The notes below the pieces were generated by a model. It had not been told where the DNA came from. It saw only the letters and a program-made list of their open reading frames with translations, and did not search any database. A stretch of 64,000 nt of DNA from contig JAKASS010000001.1 of the NCBI GenBank assembly GCA_021818905.1, positions 15,648-79,647 on the forward strand. Reading direction: 5' to 3'. This document shows positions 53,844 to 63,566 of this stretch, in pieces. A program made the position numbers and the translations under genes. Source of the stretch: Nanobdellota archaeon. GTDB lineage: Archaea; Nanobdellota; Nanobdellia; Parvarchaeales; Parvarchaeaceae. Each line of letters begins with the position of its first letter. Position 1 is the stretch's first letter.

Positions 53844-56369
53844 ATGGCTGAGCACGAGACACTTCTGAAAAACGTAAGACCGATAAATTACCGATTGACG
53901 CTTGAGCCAGACATGTCTACTTTCAAGACACACGGAGAGGAAACTGTGGCTATGGAAGTAAATGAGCCCACCGATGCATTGACTCTAAACGCATCCAAAT
54001 TAGCGATAGAAGAGGCTTCTTTAGTTGTTGGTAAAAAGCGATTAGTCGCAGAAAAGATAGAGTTTAACAAGGAGGATGAAAGAGTGACATTCTTGTTTTC
54101 TGAACAGTTCAGTGGCCAAGTAAAACTAAATGTAAAATTTACAGCAGACAATAATGATAAACTATATGGCTTCTATAGAAGCACGTACAAAGAAGGCGAT
54201 CAAACTAAACACATACTTACAACACAGTTCGAGTCTGCGGATGCACGTTCGGCATTTCCATGCATAGATGAACCAGAAGCAAAGGCTACACTCGACGTTA
54301 CACTTAGAATTGATGAAGGACTTGATGCTATATCTAATATGCCAGAAAAGAACGTTAGGAGGTTGGACGGCATACTTAGTGGAAAGAAAGAAGTCACTTT
54401 TGAAAGGACTCCTAAGATGTCAACATATCTGCTTTATATGGGAGTCGGGAGGTTCAACCGCAGAATAGAGAACGACGAAACACCTGCGCTGGGATTAATA
54501 ACCACACCTGCAGCGCAATTTGACTCAAAGTTGCCACTCGAATACGCAAGGAAATTTTTGAAATTCTATGAACACTACTTTGAAATAAAATTTCCTCTTC
54601 CAAAAATAGACCTTATAGCCATCCCAGATTTTTCTGCGGGCGCGATGGAAAACTGGGGTGCAATAACGTTTAGGGAAACGTCACTGCTTAGCGATGAAAG
54701 CGCATCGCAGGCGGCACGTATGTACACCGCAGATGTCATAGCGCATGAACTTGCACATCAGTGGTTCGGAAATCTTGTCACAATGAAATGGTGGAATGAC
54801 CTATGGCTCAATGAGAGCTTCGCTACTATGATGAGAAGTAAAGCTGTTGACAGCGTATTTCCAAAATGGCAAGAAAGCTTAAAATATGTCCCAGACAACT
54901 TTGGCGAAGCCTTTGCTATCGATTCGCTTGCCAGCACACATCCAATAGAAGTCGAGATAAATAACGTCGCTGAATCAGAAGGCATCTTTGATGCCATAAG
55001 TTATCAAAAAGGCGGTAGCGTCCTTCATATGCTCGAAGACTATGTTGGCGCTGAAAACTTTAGACAAGGGCTAATAGACTATCTAAAAGCAAATGCCCAT
55101 TCCAATGCGACAAAATCCGATTTGTGGGATGCGCTGTCAAAGCACTCGAACGGGGCTGCAAAAGACATAAAACGAGTTGCACAGGCATGGATAGAAAAGC
55201 CAGGTCATCCAATAATTTACGTTGAAAGAAGACCTGATGGCAAATTACTTTTAAGACAGAAGCGCTTCATGTTTTCTGGAGCTGTCAGGGACGTTTGGCC
55301 TATACCAATACACTATAAGACAAACAAAAGTGAAGGGTTCATACTGTTGGACGAAGAAGAACGTTTAATTAATGAAGGAGGAGACTGGATAAAACTCAAC
55401 TATGGCCAACATGGCTTTTATCGAGTAAATTATGATGATGTGCTACTAGATGGCGTTGGAAAAGCTGTACTGGATGATAAGCTGTCCAGTTTGGATGCTT
55501 GGGGAGTAGAAAACGACCTGTTTGCATTTACTAGAGCGGGCAGTGTTTCTGTTAAGAAATATCTGGGGTTTATGGAGCGCTTTCTTATGTCCCAGGAATA
55601 CCCATTAGTAGAAAATACACTTGGACACGTTAGTAAATTAGAAATAAACAGTTATGGTATGGAAATTTCGCCCACTTTACTTGATATAAAGTCAAGATTA
55701 GCAAGACCATTAGTAGAGAAACTAGGGTGGAATAAGAAGGACGGAGAAACGACGCTCGATACACGTCTAAGAGGGGTAGCTATAAGCGCCCTTGGTGCAG
55801 TAGGGGACGCCGATACAGTAAACAAAGCCAGAGAATTGTTTCAAGTCTCTTGTAGCGGCCAGCAGATCGACAACGATCTATTGCTAGTAGTTTATGATGC
55901 TGTAGCGTGCAATGGCGATAGCGCTACATATAAACAGTTGGTCGAAAGATACAGAAACAGCGATACTGCCGATGAGACAAGGGCTTCTTTGTATGCACTA
56001 GGCTCGTTCAAGGACAAAAAGCTGCTTTTAGAAGCGTTGGACTTCGCCCACTCTTCTGAAGTAAGACCACAGGATTCATATGGAATGACCTCTTCGATTG
56101 CGGTGAATCCGGCTGGCGCGGGTTTGTTATGGGAATGGACGAAAAAGAACTGGAGCATGTTAAAAGAGAGATATAGTGGAAGCACACACCTTCTTGGCAG
56201 GTATATCGATAACTTATCTGCGGTTTATGACAGAAAACAAAAGGAGGATATAATCGCTTTTTTCAGCGATAAAAATAATATGCGTTTAGACTTAGAGCGG
56301 CCACTGAAGGAGACTTTAGAGTTTATAGATTTAAATATAAAATACAGAGAATTTAACGCATCGGCTTAA
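53844..56369 (+). CDS. M1-family zinc aminopeptidase (aminopeptidase N / tricorn-interacting-factor type)
   Basis: GAMENWG exopeptidase motif, HELAHQWFGN-x-WLNESFA zincin motif, 841 aa. Confidence 0.9.
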   Translation: MAEHETLLKNVRPINYRLTLEPDMSTFKTHGEETVAMEVNEPTDALTLNASKLAIEEASLVVGKKRLVAEKIEFNKEDERVTFLFSEQFSGQVKLNVKFTADNNDKLYGFYRSTYKEGDQTKHILTTQFESADARSAFPCIDEPEAKATLDVTLRIDEGLDAISNMPEKNVRRLDGILSGKKEVTFERTPKMSTYLLYMGVGRFNRRIENDETPALGLITTPAAQFDSKLPLEYARKFLKFYEHYFEIKFPLPKIDLIAIPDFSAGAMENWGAITFRETSLLSDESASQAARMYTADVIAHELAHQWFGNLVTMKWWNDLWLNESFATMMRSKAVDSVFPKWQESLKYVPDNFGEAFAIDSLASTHPIEVEINNVAESEGIFDAISYQKGGSVLHMLEDYVGAENFRQGLIDYLKANAHSNATKSDLWDALSKHSNGAAKDIKRVAQAWIEKPGHPIIYVERRPDGKLLLRQKRFMFSGAVRDVWPIPIHYKTNKSEGFILLDEEERLINEGGDWIKLNYGQHGFYRVNYDDVLLDGVGKAVLDDKLSSLDAWGVENDLFAFTRAGSVSVKKYLGFMERFLMSQEYPLVENTLGHVSKLEINSYGMEISPTLLDIKSRLARPLVEKLGWNKKDGETTLDTRLRGVAISALGAVGDADTVNKARELFQVSCSGQQIDNDLLLVVYDAVACNGDSATYKQLVERYRNSDTADETRASLYALGSFKDKKLLLEALDFAHSSEVRPQDSYGMTSSIAVNPAGAGLLWEWTKKNWSMLKERYSGSTHLLGRYIDNLSAVYDRKQKEDIIAFFSDKNNMRLDLERPLKETLEFIDLNIKYREFNASA

Positions 56370-56449
56370 TAAGATCCTAACCCAACTTTCTGGGTTGGCT
56401 CTCTTCATGTGGTAAGCTGGAGCCTTTATTATCAGTCTTTCGTCGAAAG

Positions 56450-57013
56450 TCATCCGTATCCTTTCCTGAGCGAGCCTCCAGCGGACATCTCGTCCTCGAA
56501 AAGCGCAATCGTGTCCTTATCCATCGATCTTAGCGTTTTAAGCGTCCTCTTGGCGAATGCGAGCTGTTTTCTTTTGTCGGCTTCCGCATACTCGTGCACT
56601 GCTTTGACGTAGTGTCCTCCCATATCCGATAACGTCCTGCGTATGGTCTCCCTTGAGACCTTGACTCCCTTCCCTTCGAAGTAAAGCTGCAGGCTTTTCG
56701 TGTCTCACATCGTGGCGTCGAGACCGTGCTTTGAGGGGTCGCTTTCCTCTACGAGCTTCTTTATCTCTTTCTCCTCCTTCTCTCCAAAGGAAGGCGGTCT
56801 GCCTTCCTTCGGCTTGTCCGACAGCGTCTTCTCGTGTTTCCACTGCAGCATCCAGTCATAGATCGTAGAGCGGTCGACTATGAATGCCTTAGAAGCCTCG
56901 CTTATCGATCTGCCGATGCTCAAGAAATGGAGCGCGAAGTACCTTATCTTTTCGTTCGGGTCCCTGCACTCCTTCGCCCTTCTCTTCAATAGTCCTTCGT
57001 CTTCTTCTAACAT
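56450..57013 (-). pseudogene. IS630/Tc1-mariner-like transposase remnant (HTH half only, with in-frame TGA)
   Basis: MLEEDEGLLKRRAKE...SISEASKAFIVDRSTIYDW...KEGRPPSF...GLDATM[TGA]DTKSLQLYFEGKGVKVSRETIRRTL...ALFEDEMS, then it ends. The catalytic domain is absent. Confidence 0.65.
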
Positions 57014-57145
57014 CTGGAAAACCCCTCTCCATCCAACTTCGACTTTCCTCCGCCCCCTTATGTTATTATTAAGAACGCTACTTCCCGAAATACTTTTCGG
57101 TTCCCTATTTTGGTGTCGGATCACTTATGTGGAGAGCTATAATAT

Positions 57146-57865
57146 CTATTCAAAAGCCGCTAAAGTATCCAGCGCTATGATTGCTACCACTTTCCCAAGT
57201 CGGTGCATTGTTTCAATGGATAAAAACGGCGCGTGATATTTAGGATTGTCTACTACTAGCAGGAGGGCTGCCGCTTTAAACCTTCGTATCCTGGCAAGCA
57301 TGAAAAGCGCGGCACATTCCATGTCTATCGCTGCGAAATTAACGCCTTTTAAAACCGGCAGCAACGCCATCTCCCTGTAAAAGGCGTCAACAGAAAACAC
57401 TGGCCCGCTAAGATGATTTATGCCCCGTTCATTTACGTTCTTCGTAATAAGATCTGCAAGTTGTCGGTCTGGTTTTTCCGGCTTGTCGGAATCACCGATA
57501 TAACCTCCTATGGTGCCCCCTTTTAGCGAATAAGCCGAATCCGGAATTACCAGATCGCCTCTTTTCTGCTCCGTAGTCAAGCCCCCACAAGTTCCGAACC
57601 TGATAAACGTTTCTCCTCCAAGTGCATGCAGTTCTTCAACTGCTATAGCTAAAGAAGGTGCGCCCATTCCATGAGAGGCAATAGTTACCGTTTTTCCCTT
57701 ATATTTTCCGCTGTAAATGCAATATCTGTAGGAATTTATTAATTTTGGGGAATCTAGCAATGTTGATATCTCTATTACCCGCTCTGGATCGCCGGTGATT
57801 AAAACGCATTTTGACACATCTCCTTTTTTCAGCTGGATGTGCACGGGTTTTATCATATCTTCCAT
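57146..57865 (-). CDS. PNP/UDP-family nucleoside phosphorylase
   Basis: ITGDPERV, SHGMGAPSLAIAVEEL, IRFGTCGG, DMECAALF. The likely start is MEDMIKP at 57865 rather than 57958. Confidence 0.8.
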   Translation of the reverse strand: MEDMIKPVHIQLKKGDVSKCVLITGDPERVIEISTLLDSPKLINSYRYCIYSGKYKGKTVTIASHGMGAPSLAIAVEELHALGGETFIRFGTCGGLTTEQKRGDLVIPDSAYSLKGGTIGGYIGDSDKPEKPDRQLADLITKNVNERGINHLSGPVFSVDAFYREMALLPVLKGVNFAAIDMECAALFMLARIRRFKAAALLLVVDNPKYHAPFLSIETMHRLGKVVAIIALDTLAAFE

Positions 57866-57934
57866 GTTTTTAGCAAAATGACGTATTTGTGTTATTACTT
57901 TAAGTCTTAAATCTTTACAATTAATAAGTATAAG

Positions 57935-58633
57935 ATGCACATGAATAAAAAGGCGCAATTTATTACTGAATATATAATTGTAATTGGTATCGCACTCAGC
58001 ATAATAGCTGTATTCCTGGTCTATGTACTAGTTTATTATTCTGGCTATTCAAATTCCTCTAACTCTAACCAGATATCGACTATAACAAATTCTATTGTAC
58101 AGGAAGCCAATTATGTATTCTCTGAAGGAGTTGGCTCAAAGACTTCTTTTACACTGGGTTTCCCCGATCTACAGGTAATAAACTCATTTTTCTGTGGAGA
58201 TTATATAAAAGTCACTTCCTCACAATATTCTTCGGTGAGCCGGGCAGACGAGGAGCTTGAAGGACTGCTGCCTCTGAAACAGGGAACTTACGTTATGTAT
58301 GCAAGGTACAACCAGACCGGTATAGTACAGATAGGACTAGATTCGGGTGTTTCTTACATAAATTATACTTATTCGTATGACTCGAGCAAAGACCTTTTAT
58401 TTTACAATCTTACCTTCTTCGATAGCCAGTATCTTATCTCTAGCGGCGTAGCCGGTATAGTCCCTTATAATATAACCGTCTTTTCTGTGAACGGCGTTTA
58501 TCTAAACAGCAGCACCTCATTGAGCGTGGACGATTTTGCATACGGGGAATTGACTCTAAAGCCGACACCGTCAGAAGCTATAATAGATATTTTTGTAAAT
58601 GGTGCCGTTGCGCCCTCCTGCTTTTATCCATAA
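57935..58633 (+). CDS. type IV pilin-like protein (class III signal peptide)
   Basis: MHMNKKA|QFITEYIIVIGIALSIIAVFLVYVLV, Q+1/E+5. Confidence 0.7.
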   Translation: MHMNKKAQFITEYIIVIGIALSIIAVFLVYVLVYYSGYSNSSNSNQISTITNSIVQEANYVFSEGVGSKTSFTLGFPDLQVINSFFCGDYIKVTSSQYSSVSRADEELEGLLPLKQGTYVMYARYNQTGIVQIGLDSGVSYINYTYSYDSSKDLLFYNLTFFDSQYLISSGVAGIVPYNITVFSVNGVYLNSSTSLSVDDFAYGELTLKPTPSEAIIDIFVNGAVAPSCFYP

Positions 58634-58671
58634 TTGAGTTATAAATACTCCTGCGTTTAAATCATAATAAT

Positions 58672-59814
58672 ATGGTGGAAAAACCGAGAATTGCCTTATT
58701 CGTGCCTTGGCTAAAAAGCAAGGGGGGCGTAGAAAGAGTGATTTTGAACCTATTGGAAGATAAAAAATATAACATTGACGTCTATACATTCTCATACCAA
58801 AAAGAAAAAACCTTCGAAGAGTTCCAAAATTTTAAGATATTCCAAATAGGAAACCCGGGCGGCGGGACTTTCATTACAAAGGGATTAAACCTATTTCGCA
58901 ATATAATCTCTACAAAAATAGATGGCTTGGATAAATACGATGTATTCATCATATCGACTGCTGGCATAGCAGAGTTTTCTGTCTTCAGGAATCATCATAA
59001 AAAAACCGTGGCTCTTACGCACACGCCTTTGAGGGCGGCCCATACCATGTATGACTATTACAAAGGCAGGTCGTATTCGTATCGTTTGGTTATGCCAGGA
59101 CTGGTGTGGATTTACAGGATACTAGAACGGCGCGCGTGGAGAAAAATAAAATACGCAATGGTCCTGAGCGACGAAGTGAAAAACAGACTTTTGGGTTATG
59201 GCCTCATAAAAACTGATAAAATAATAAAACTAGGGCCGTGCGCAGATTATTCCGGAATACATGCAAACACCGAATCAAAGAAGATTATATTCTACCCTAG
59301 TCGATTCATAAGCTATAAGAGACAAGACTTGGCTGTGGCCGCTTTCAGAGCCTCCGGTCTTTCGAAACTTGGCTTTAAACTTGTACTTGGGGGGTTCATT
59401 GAAGATCAAAGATATTTTGATAGACTCAAAGATACCGTAGGAAAAGATGAAAGTATAGTCCTAAAGACTAATTTATCCGAAGAAGAGCTAAAAAAACTTT
59501 ATAGAGATTGTTATGCTACTATCTTCCTTGCGATAAATGAAGATACTGGTCTTGTGCCGCTAGAGTCCCTAGCTTACGGGAAACCTGTAATCTCAGTAAA
59601 CGAAGGCGGACCAAAAGAATTTATCAAAAACGGTATAAATGGTCTACTAGTAGAGGCCGACCCGGAGAGCGTCGGCGAGGCTTTGGATAAGATTACTGAC
59701 AAGAAGTTATATTCAAGACTTAAGAAAGGTGCGCTAAATTCTCCTAGGTACGATGGCAAAGGCATGCTAAAGAATTTTGACGCCGGTATAAAAATTATAC
59801 TTAGTGCAAAATGA
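58672..59814 (+). CDS. GT4-family glycosyltransferase
   Basis: KSKGGVERV N-terminus, C-terminal EDTGLVPLESLAYGKPVI block. Confidence 0.75.
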   Translation: MVEKPRIALFVPWLKSKGGVERVILNLLEDKKYNIDVYTFSYQKEKTFEEFQNFKIFQIGNPGGGTFITKGLNLFRNIISTKIDGLDKYDVFIISTAGIAEFSVFRNHHKKTVALTHTPLRAAHTMYDYYKGRSYSYRLVMPGLVWIYRILERRAWRKIKYAMVLSDEVKNRLLGYGLIKTDKIIKLGPCADYSGIHANTESKKIIFYPSRFISYKRQDLAVAAFRASGLSKLGFKLVLGGFIEDQRYFDRLKDTVGKDESIVLKTNLSEEELKKLYRDCYATIFLAINEDTGLVPLESLAYGKPVISVNEGGPKEFIKNGINGLLVEADPESVGEALDKITDKKLYSRLKKGALNSPRYDGKGMLKNFDAGIKIILSAK

Positions 59815-59844
59815 CTTCAAGTAAAAAGCTTTAAATAGTATGAT

Positions 59845-60687
59845 ATGTTCATACTTTGTATGAAGAAAGTGCGAGTAACTATAACTTTAACGCCAAATAT
59901 TCTCAGCGAAGTCGATAAACTCGTAGACGGCACGGATATAACAAATCGTTCAAATGCAGTAGAGACCATCTTAAGAGATCGTTTTCGTCCGGCTGAAAAG
60001 CCTATGGCATTCATACTCGCGGGTGGGAAAGGCACTAGACTTAGACCATTGACTTATGAATTGCCCAAGGCGATGATTCCGATAAAAGGAAAGCCTATCC
60101 TAGAGCACATAATAAACAAGCTAAAGGAAGCAGAAGTAACCGATATAATCTTATCTATAGGATACTTGGGCAGTAAAATAAGGGATTACTTCGGAGACGG
60201 AAGCAAACTTGGAGTAAACATAAGATATGCAGAAGAAAGCAAAGCTCTGGGTACCGGGGGGGCTGTCAAGGCTGCGCAAACTTTGTTCAAAAGTGACTCT
60301 CTCGTTCTAAACGGGGATAACTTATTTGATTTTGATTTAACAAAAATGTACGAATTCCATAAAAAACGAAAGGCTCTTGCAACTATCGCGGTCACAACTC
60401 GGAAAGACATCTCACAATTCGGCGTCGTGGAGATGGATGGGGATAAAATAGTTAATTTTATAGAAAAACCGAAGACTGAGCAGCGTTCAAATTTAGTTAA
60501 CGCTGGCATATATCTTCTAAACCCCCTAGCCATCTCCCTGATACCGGACGGAGAATCAAACATTAGCTCGGAACTCCTTACAAAGCTCGCGCAGAGAGGA
60601 AAACTTTACGGCTTTATATATTCAGGGCAGTGGTTCCCCTGCGATAGCATGCCGCTTTACGAGGACGCCTTAAAGAACTGGAATTAA
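59845..60687 (+). CDS. sugar-1-phosphate nucleotidyltransferase with N-terminal ribbon-helix-helix domain
   Basis: RVTITLTPNILSEVDKLV...NRSNAVETILRDRF (CopG/RHH pattern), then AFILAGGKGTRLRPLTYELPKAMIP...GTGGA NTP-transferase core. The likely start is ATG 59860. Confidence 0.7.
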   Translation: MFILCMKKVRVTITLTPNILSEVDKLVDGTDITNRSNAVETILRDRFRPAEKPMAFILAGGKGTRLRPLTYELPKAMIPIKGKPILEHIINKLKEAEVTDIILSIGYLGSKIRDYFGDGSKLGVNIRYAEESKALGTGGAVKAAQTLFKSDSLVLNGDNLFDFDLTKMYEFHKKRKALATIAVTTRKDISQFGVVEMDGDKIVNFIEKPKTEQRSNLVNAGIYLLNPLAISLIPDGESNISSELLTKLAQRGKLYGFIYSGQWFPCDSMPLYEDALKNWN

Positions 60688-62399
60688 ATTCTCTTTATTT
60701 TCTGGATCTCTTTTAATATCTCCTGATAATCAGATGTGAATAGGTCCATAATGTCGTTGAACTTTATGATGTCTTGTATTTCCATATCCGAATAAAGGAC
60801 ATCCTCGTCTTTTAGATTTCTTTCGTATACCGCGTTGTCAACGCTTATCGCGACCTTGTCTCCTTTGACTGCCCGGTCTACTTTCTTCTTGTCTCCTTGT
60901 ATTTCGACTATCGACCCCAACCTTTCGCCATTTTTCTTAATCAACGGATAATTTGGCCTTATTTCCCCCCCTAAGACTTCGACGCCAAATACGCATGGAG
61001 AAGACCTCCTGAACATATTGCCTTTTATAAAAACTACTTTCGCGGGGAGTTTTAAATTTGCGGTGCGTGCTTCAAAGCGTCTCTTATTCACATCCTGTAT
61101 AAACACAGAGTATCTCTCAAAAAGGTCATATATCGAACTTGTGCTTATTATAGTAACTGCCTCTGATTTAGCTAGGATGTCTGTCTGCTTTTGTATCGAC
61201 ACATTAAAGCACAGTATTACGTTATTGTTCAATCTGGCGGTCATTATGTCGTTTTTTGATGGCTCGCCTATCTTTGTTTTCCCGATCTCTATGCCATTTG
61301 TCGCCCCTATCTTCTTTATGGCATCTATGCTTCCTATCGAATCTGCGCATACTACGACTCCTCTGGCTAAATCGTCGTTATAACCTATGTTTGATTTATT
61401 TATTTCCGAGATTATCTTTTCTTTCTCTTCTTGATTCTTGAAAACGGATACGGAGGTGCCTATCATCGCCAATGGATCTTGGACTACTAATCTTATCGGC
61501 GTAGCGGCGGATGCTGATTTTATGCTTTCGTACTTGCCGAAGTTTTCCCTGCTTTCTTCTAAAGGGATTAGCTTCATCATGCTTTTTATCTTGCTCTCTG
61601 CCGTGGAATCTTTTGTCTGCATTATTATCTTGTCTCCTACCTTTATTTCTCCAGAGTATACTATAGCATCATATACCGTGCCCATCCCTTTTACAACCTT
61701 CTCTTCGATTATGGCGGCTTGATTACCGGTAGCTTTTTCCAAGGCGATGTACCTCTGACTTAGACCTATTATCATGACTATCAAGTCCTTTATCCCGATG
61801 TTGTTCACCGAAGAAATCGGTATTACGGCTACTTCTTTTGTAAAATCTTTTATCCTATCGTATCTTTCTGCTTGAAAACCGTAATTAGAGACTTCAGAAA
61901 TCAAGTCGTATATCTTCTGGTCCAAGTTTTCGCTATAGGTCGTCCCCTCCTTTTCGAGGAAATCTATGAACGACAGGTCTTTGACCTGACGATATCCTTG
62001 TACCGTGTCTATCTTCGTTAAGGCGAGCAAAAACGGCGTCTTATAAGATTTCAGTATCTCTATCGATTCTATCGTCTGGTTTTGTATCCCTTCTGTGATA
62101 TCTATCGTTAGAATTGCTAAGTCGGCTATCGATGCGCCCCTTTCCCTCAAGGTAACAAAAGCCTCGTGACCGGGTGAATCGATGAATATTATGCTCGGAG
62201 TCTTTATCTCGACTTTGAATTTTTTAAGCAGGTCCGAAGCAATCTCGTTTATGCGTTCCGTTGGGACCTCTGTCGCGCCTATGTTTTGCGTCAACCCCCC
62301 CGTTTCCCGATAAGCAAAGAAAGTATCTCTTATCGAGTCCATGATACTGGTCTTACCAGCATCTACATGGCCAAGAAATGCGCAAATCGGGGATCTCAT
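60684..62399 (-). CDS. infB: translation initiation factor aIF5B (IF2 homologue)
   Basis: GHVDAGKTS, DSPGHEAF, TKID GTPase motifs, beta-barrel domains, 571 aa. Confidence 0.9.
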   Translation of the reverse strand: MRSPICAFLGHVDAGKTSIMDSIRDTFFAYRETGGLTQNIGATEVPTERINEIASDLLKKFKVEIKTPSIIFIDSPGHEAFVTLRERGASIADLAILTIDITEGIQNQTIESIEILKSYKTPFLLALTKIDTVQGYRQVKDLSFIDFLEKEGTTYSENLDQKIYDLISEVSNYGFQAERYDRIKDFTKEVAVIPISSVNNIGIKDLIVMIIGLSQRYIALEKATGNQAAIIEEKVVKGMGTVYDAIVYSGEIKVGDKIIMQTKDSTAESKIKSMMKLIPLEESRENFGKYESIKSASAATPIRLVVQDPLAMIGTSVSVFKNQEEKEKIISEINKSNIGYNDDLARGVVVCADSIGSIDAIKKIGATNGIEIGKTKIGEPSKNDIMTARLNNNVILCFNVSIQKQTDILAKSEAVTIISTSSIYDLFERYSVFIQDVNKRRFEARTANLKLPAKVVFIKGNMFRRSSPCVFGVEVLGGEIRPNYPLIKKNGERLGSIVEIQGDKKKVDRAVKGDKVAISVDNAVYERNLKDEDVLYSDMEIQDIIKFNDIMDLFTSDYQEILKEIQKIKRI

Positions 62400-62510
62400 A
62401 TAACCTTCTTACTATTTTATAGATTATGAATGATGCGCTTGTATTTTAAGCCTTTAAGTCCAAGAAAAGCGATATTAAAAGTATAAATAAAAAGTTGACA
62501 AAATATTTTA

Positions 62511-62982
62511 ATGCTAACAATCGGTGAAAACACGCCGGAGTTTTCTTGCAAAGCGTGTGCTCCATCCAGTAAACAAGAGATAAGTCTTTCCGATTAAAAA
62601 AGGCGAATGGCAGATTCTTTTATTTTATGTAACCAACCTTTCGCCGATTTGTCCAACGGAGATTACAGAGCTTAACAAAGAACATGGAAAATTCAGTTCC
62701 CAAGGCTTTGAATTGCTAGGTATAAGTGTGGATACACCTGAAGTCCACAAAAAATTATCCGACACCGGCCTTGGTGGCAAGCTAAGGTTTCCTTTGCTAT
62801 CCGATGTCGATGGAAAATTAGGAAAAGCTTACGGGGTATTCAACGAAGAAAAGAAGAACGACAGGCGAGCAACCGTGATAGTGGATTCGAATCTAAAAGT
62901 AAGACGCTTCTACATATCGGACAACAAAATCGGCAGAAGCATCGAGGAGCTTTATCGTATTGCAATGGCGCTTAAAAGTTGA
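62511..62982 (+). pseudogene. peroxiredoxin (AhpC/Prx family) with a frameshift in an A6 run
   Basis: MLTIGENTPEFSCKACAPSSKQEISLSD stops at 62595..62597. The +1 frame continues KKGEWQILLFYVTNLSPICPTEITEL...ELLGISVDT into ORF 62713..62982. One extra A would give SDLKKGEW. Confidence 0.75.
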
Positions 62983-63014
62983 GAAGCCTGCATGGTAAAC
63001 TGGGAACCTAAAAA

Positions 63015-63566
63015 TTAATCAAAAAATTCTTCTTCAAAAAGATGCGTTTCTATCGCTGCGCCTTCTTCATCCGAAGCGTGAACTAGGTTTCTAGTAGCCC
63101 TACGTTCTAGGTTCGCTTTTAGAATAGAATCTTCTCCAAAATCCCCCCTTATGGAGCCTTTTGTCGCCATAGATGGGTCTGTCTTGCCTATAAGCTCCCT
63201 TCCTTTAAGGATCGCATCTTCTCTTTCTAGTATCATTGCTATAACGTCTGAAGAACTCATGAACTTTCTGTTCCATTCTATTAGTTGCTCTCCTATTTTG
63301 TACGGGTCATTGGTGCCAAAAAGTTTCTCGATTTCCTGAGATTTACCAGCTGCGGTCATAGACTCTATTGTTTTTTTGCCCATTCCCGTCAGCTGGCTTT
63401 CCGTGCTTCGATATTGTTTTTCTACGAGTTCATGCGATAGGCGCCCCTTCTGCAATTTTACTATTGTAAACCCGGCCTCTTCAAATCTATTTAGAATTCT
63501 ACCCGCTAATTTTCTCTCGACGGCATCTGGTTTTATCATTACCAGTGTTCGCTGTTTTCCTGTCAT
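63015..63566 (-). CDS. ndk: nucleoside diphosphate kinase
   Basis: RTLVMIKPDAVER, GKTDP..A..GSIRGDFG, NLVHASD active-site His. Longer than typical (183 aa). Confidence 0.85.
   Translation of the reverse strand: MTGKQRTLVMIKPDAVERKLAGRILNRFEEAGFTIVKLQKGRLSHELVEKQYRSTESQLTGMGKKTIESMTAAGKSQEIEKLFGTNDPYKIGEQLIEWNRKFMSSSDVIAMILEREDAILKGRELIGKTDPSMATKGSIRGDFGEDSILKANLERRATRNLVHASDEEGAAIETHLFEEEFFD

Noticed and set aside
56398-57135. Short similar strings CTTCATGTGG (56405) and CTTATGTGG (57123) as boundaries of the IS630 remnant
   Set aside because: The match is imperfect and direct rather than inverted. IS630-type elements duplicate only TA, so it is probably coincidence.
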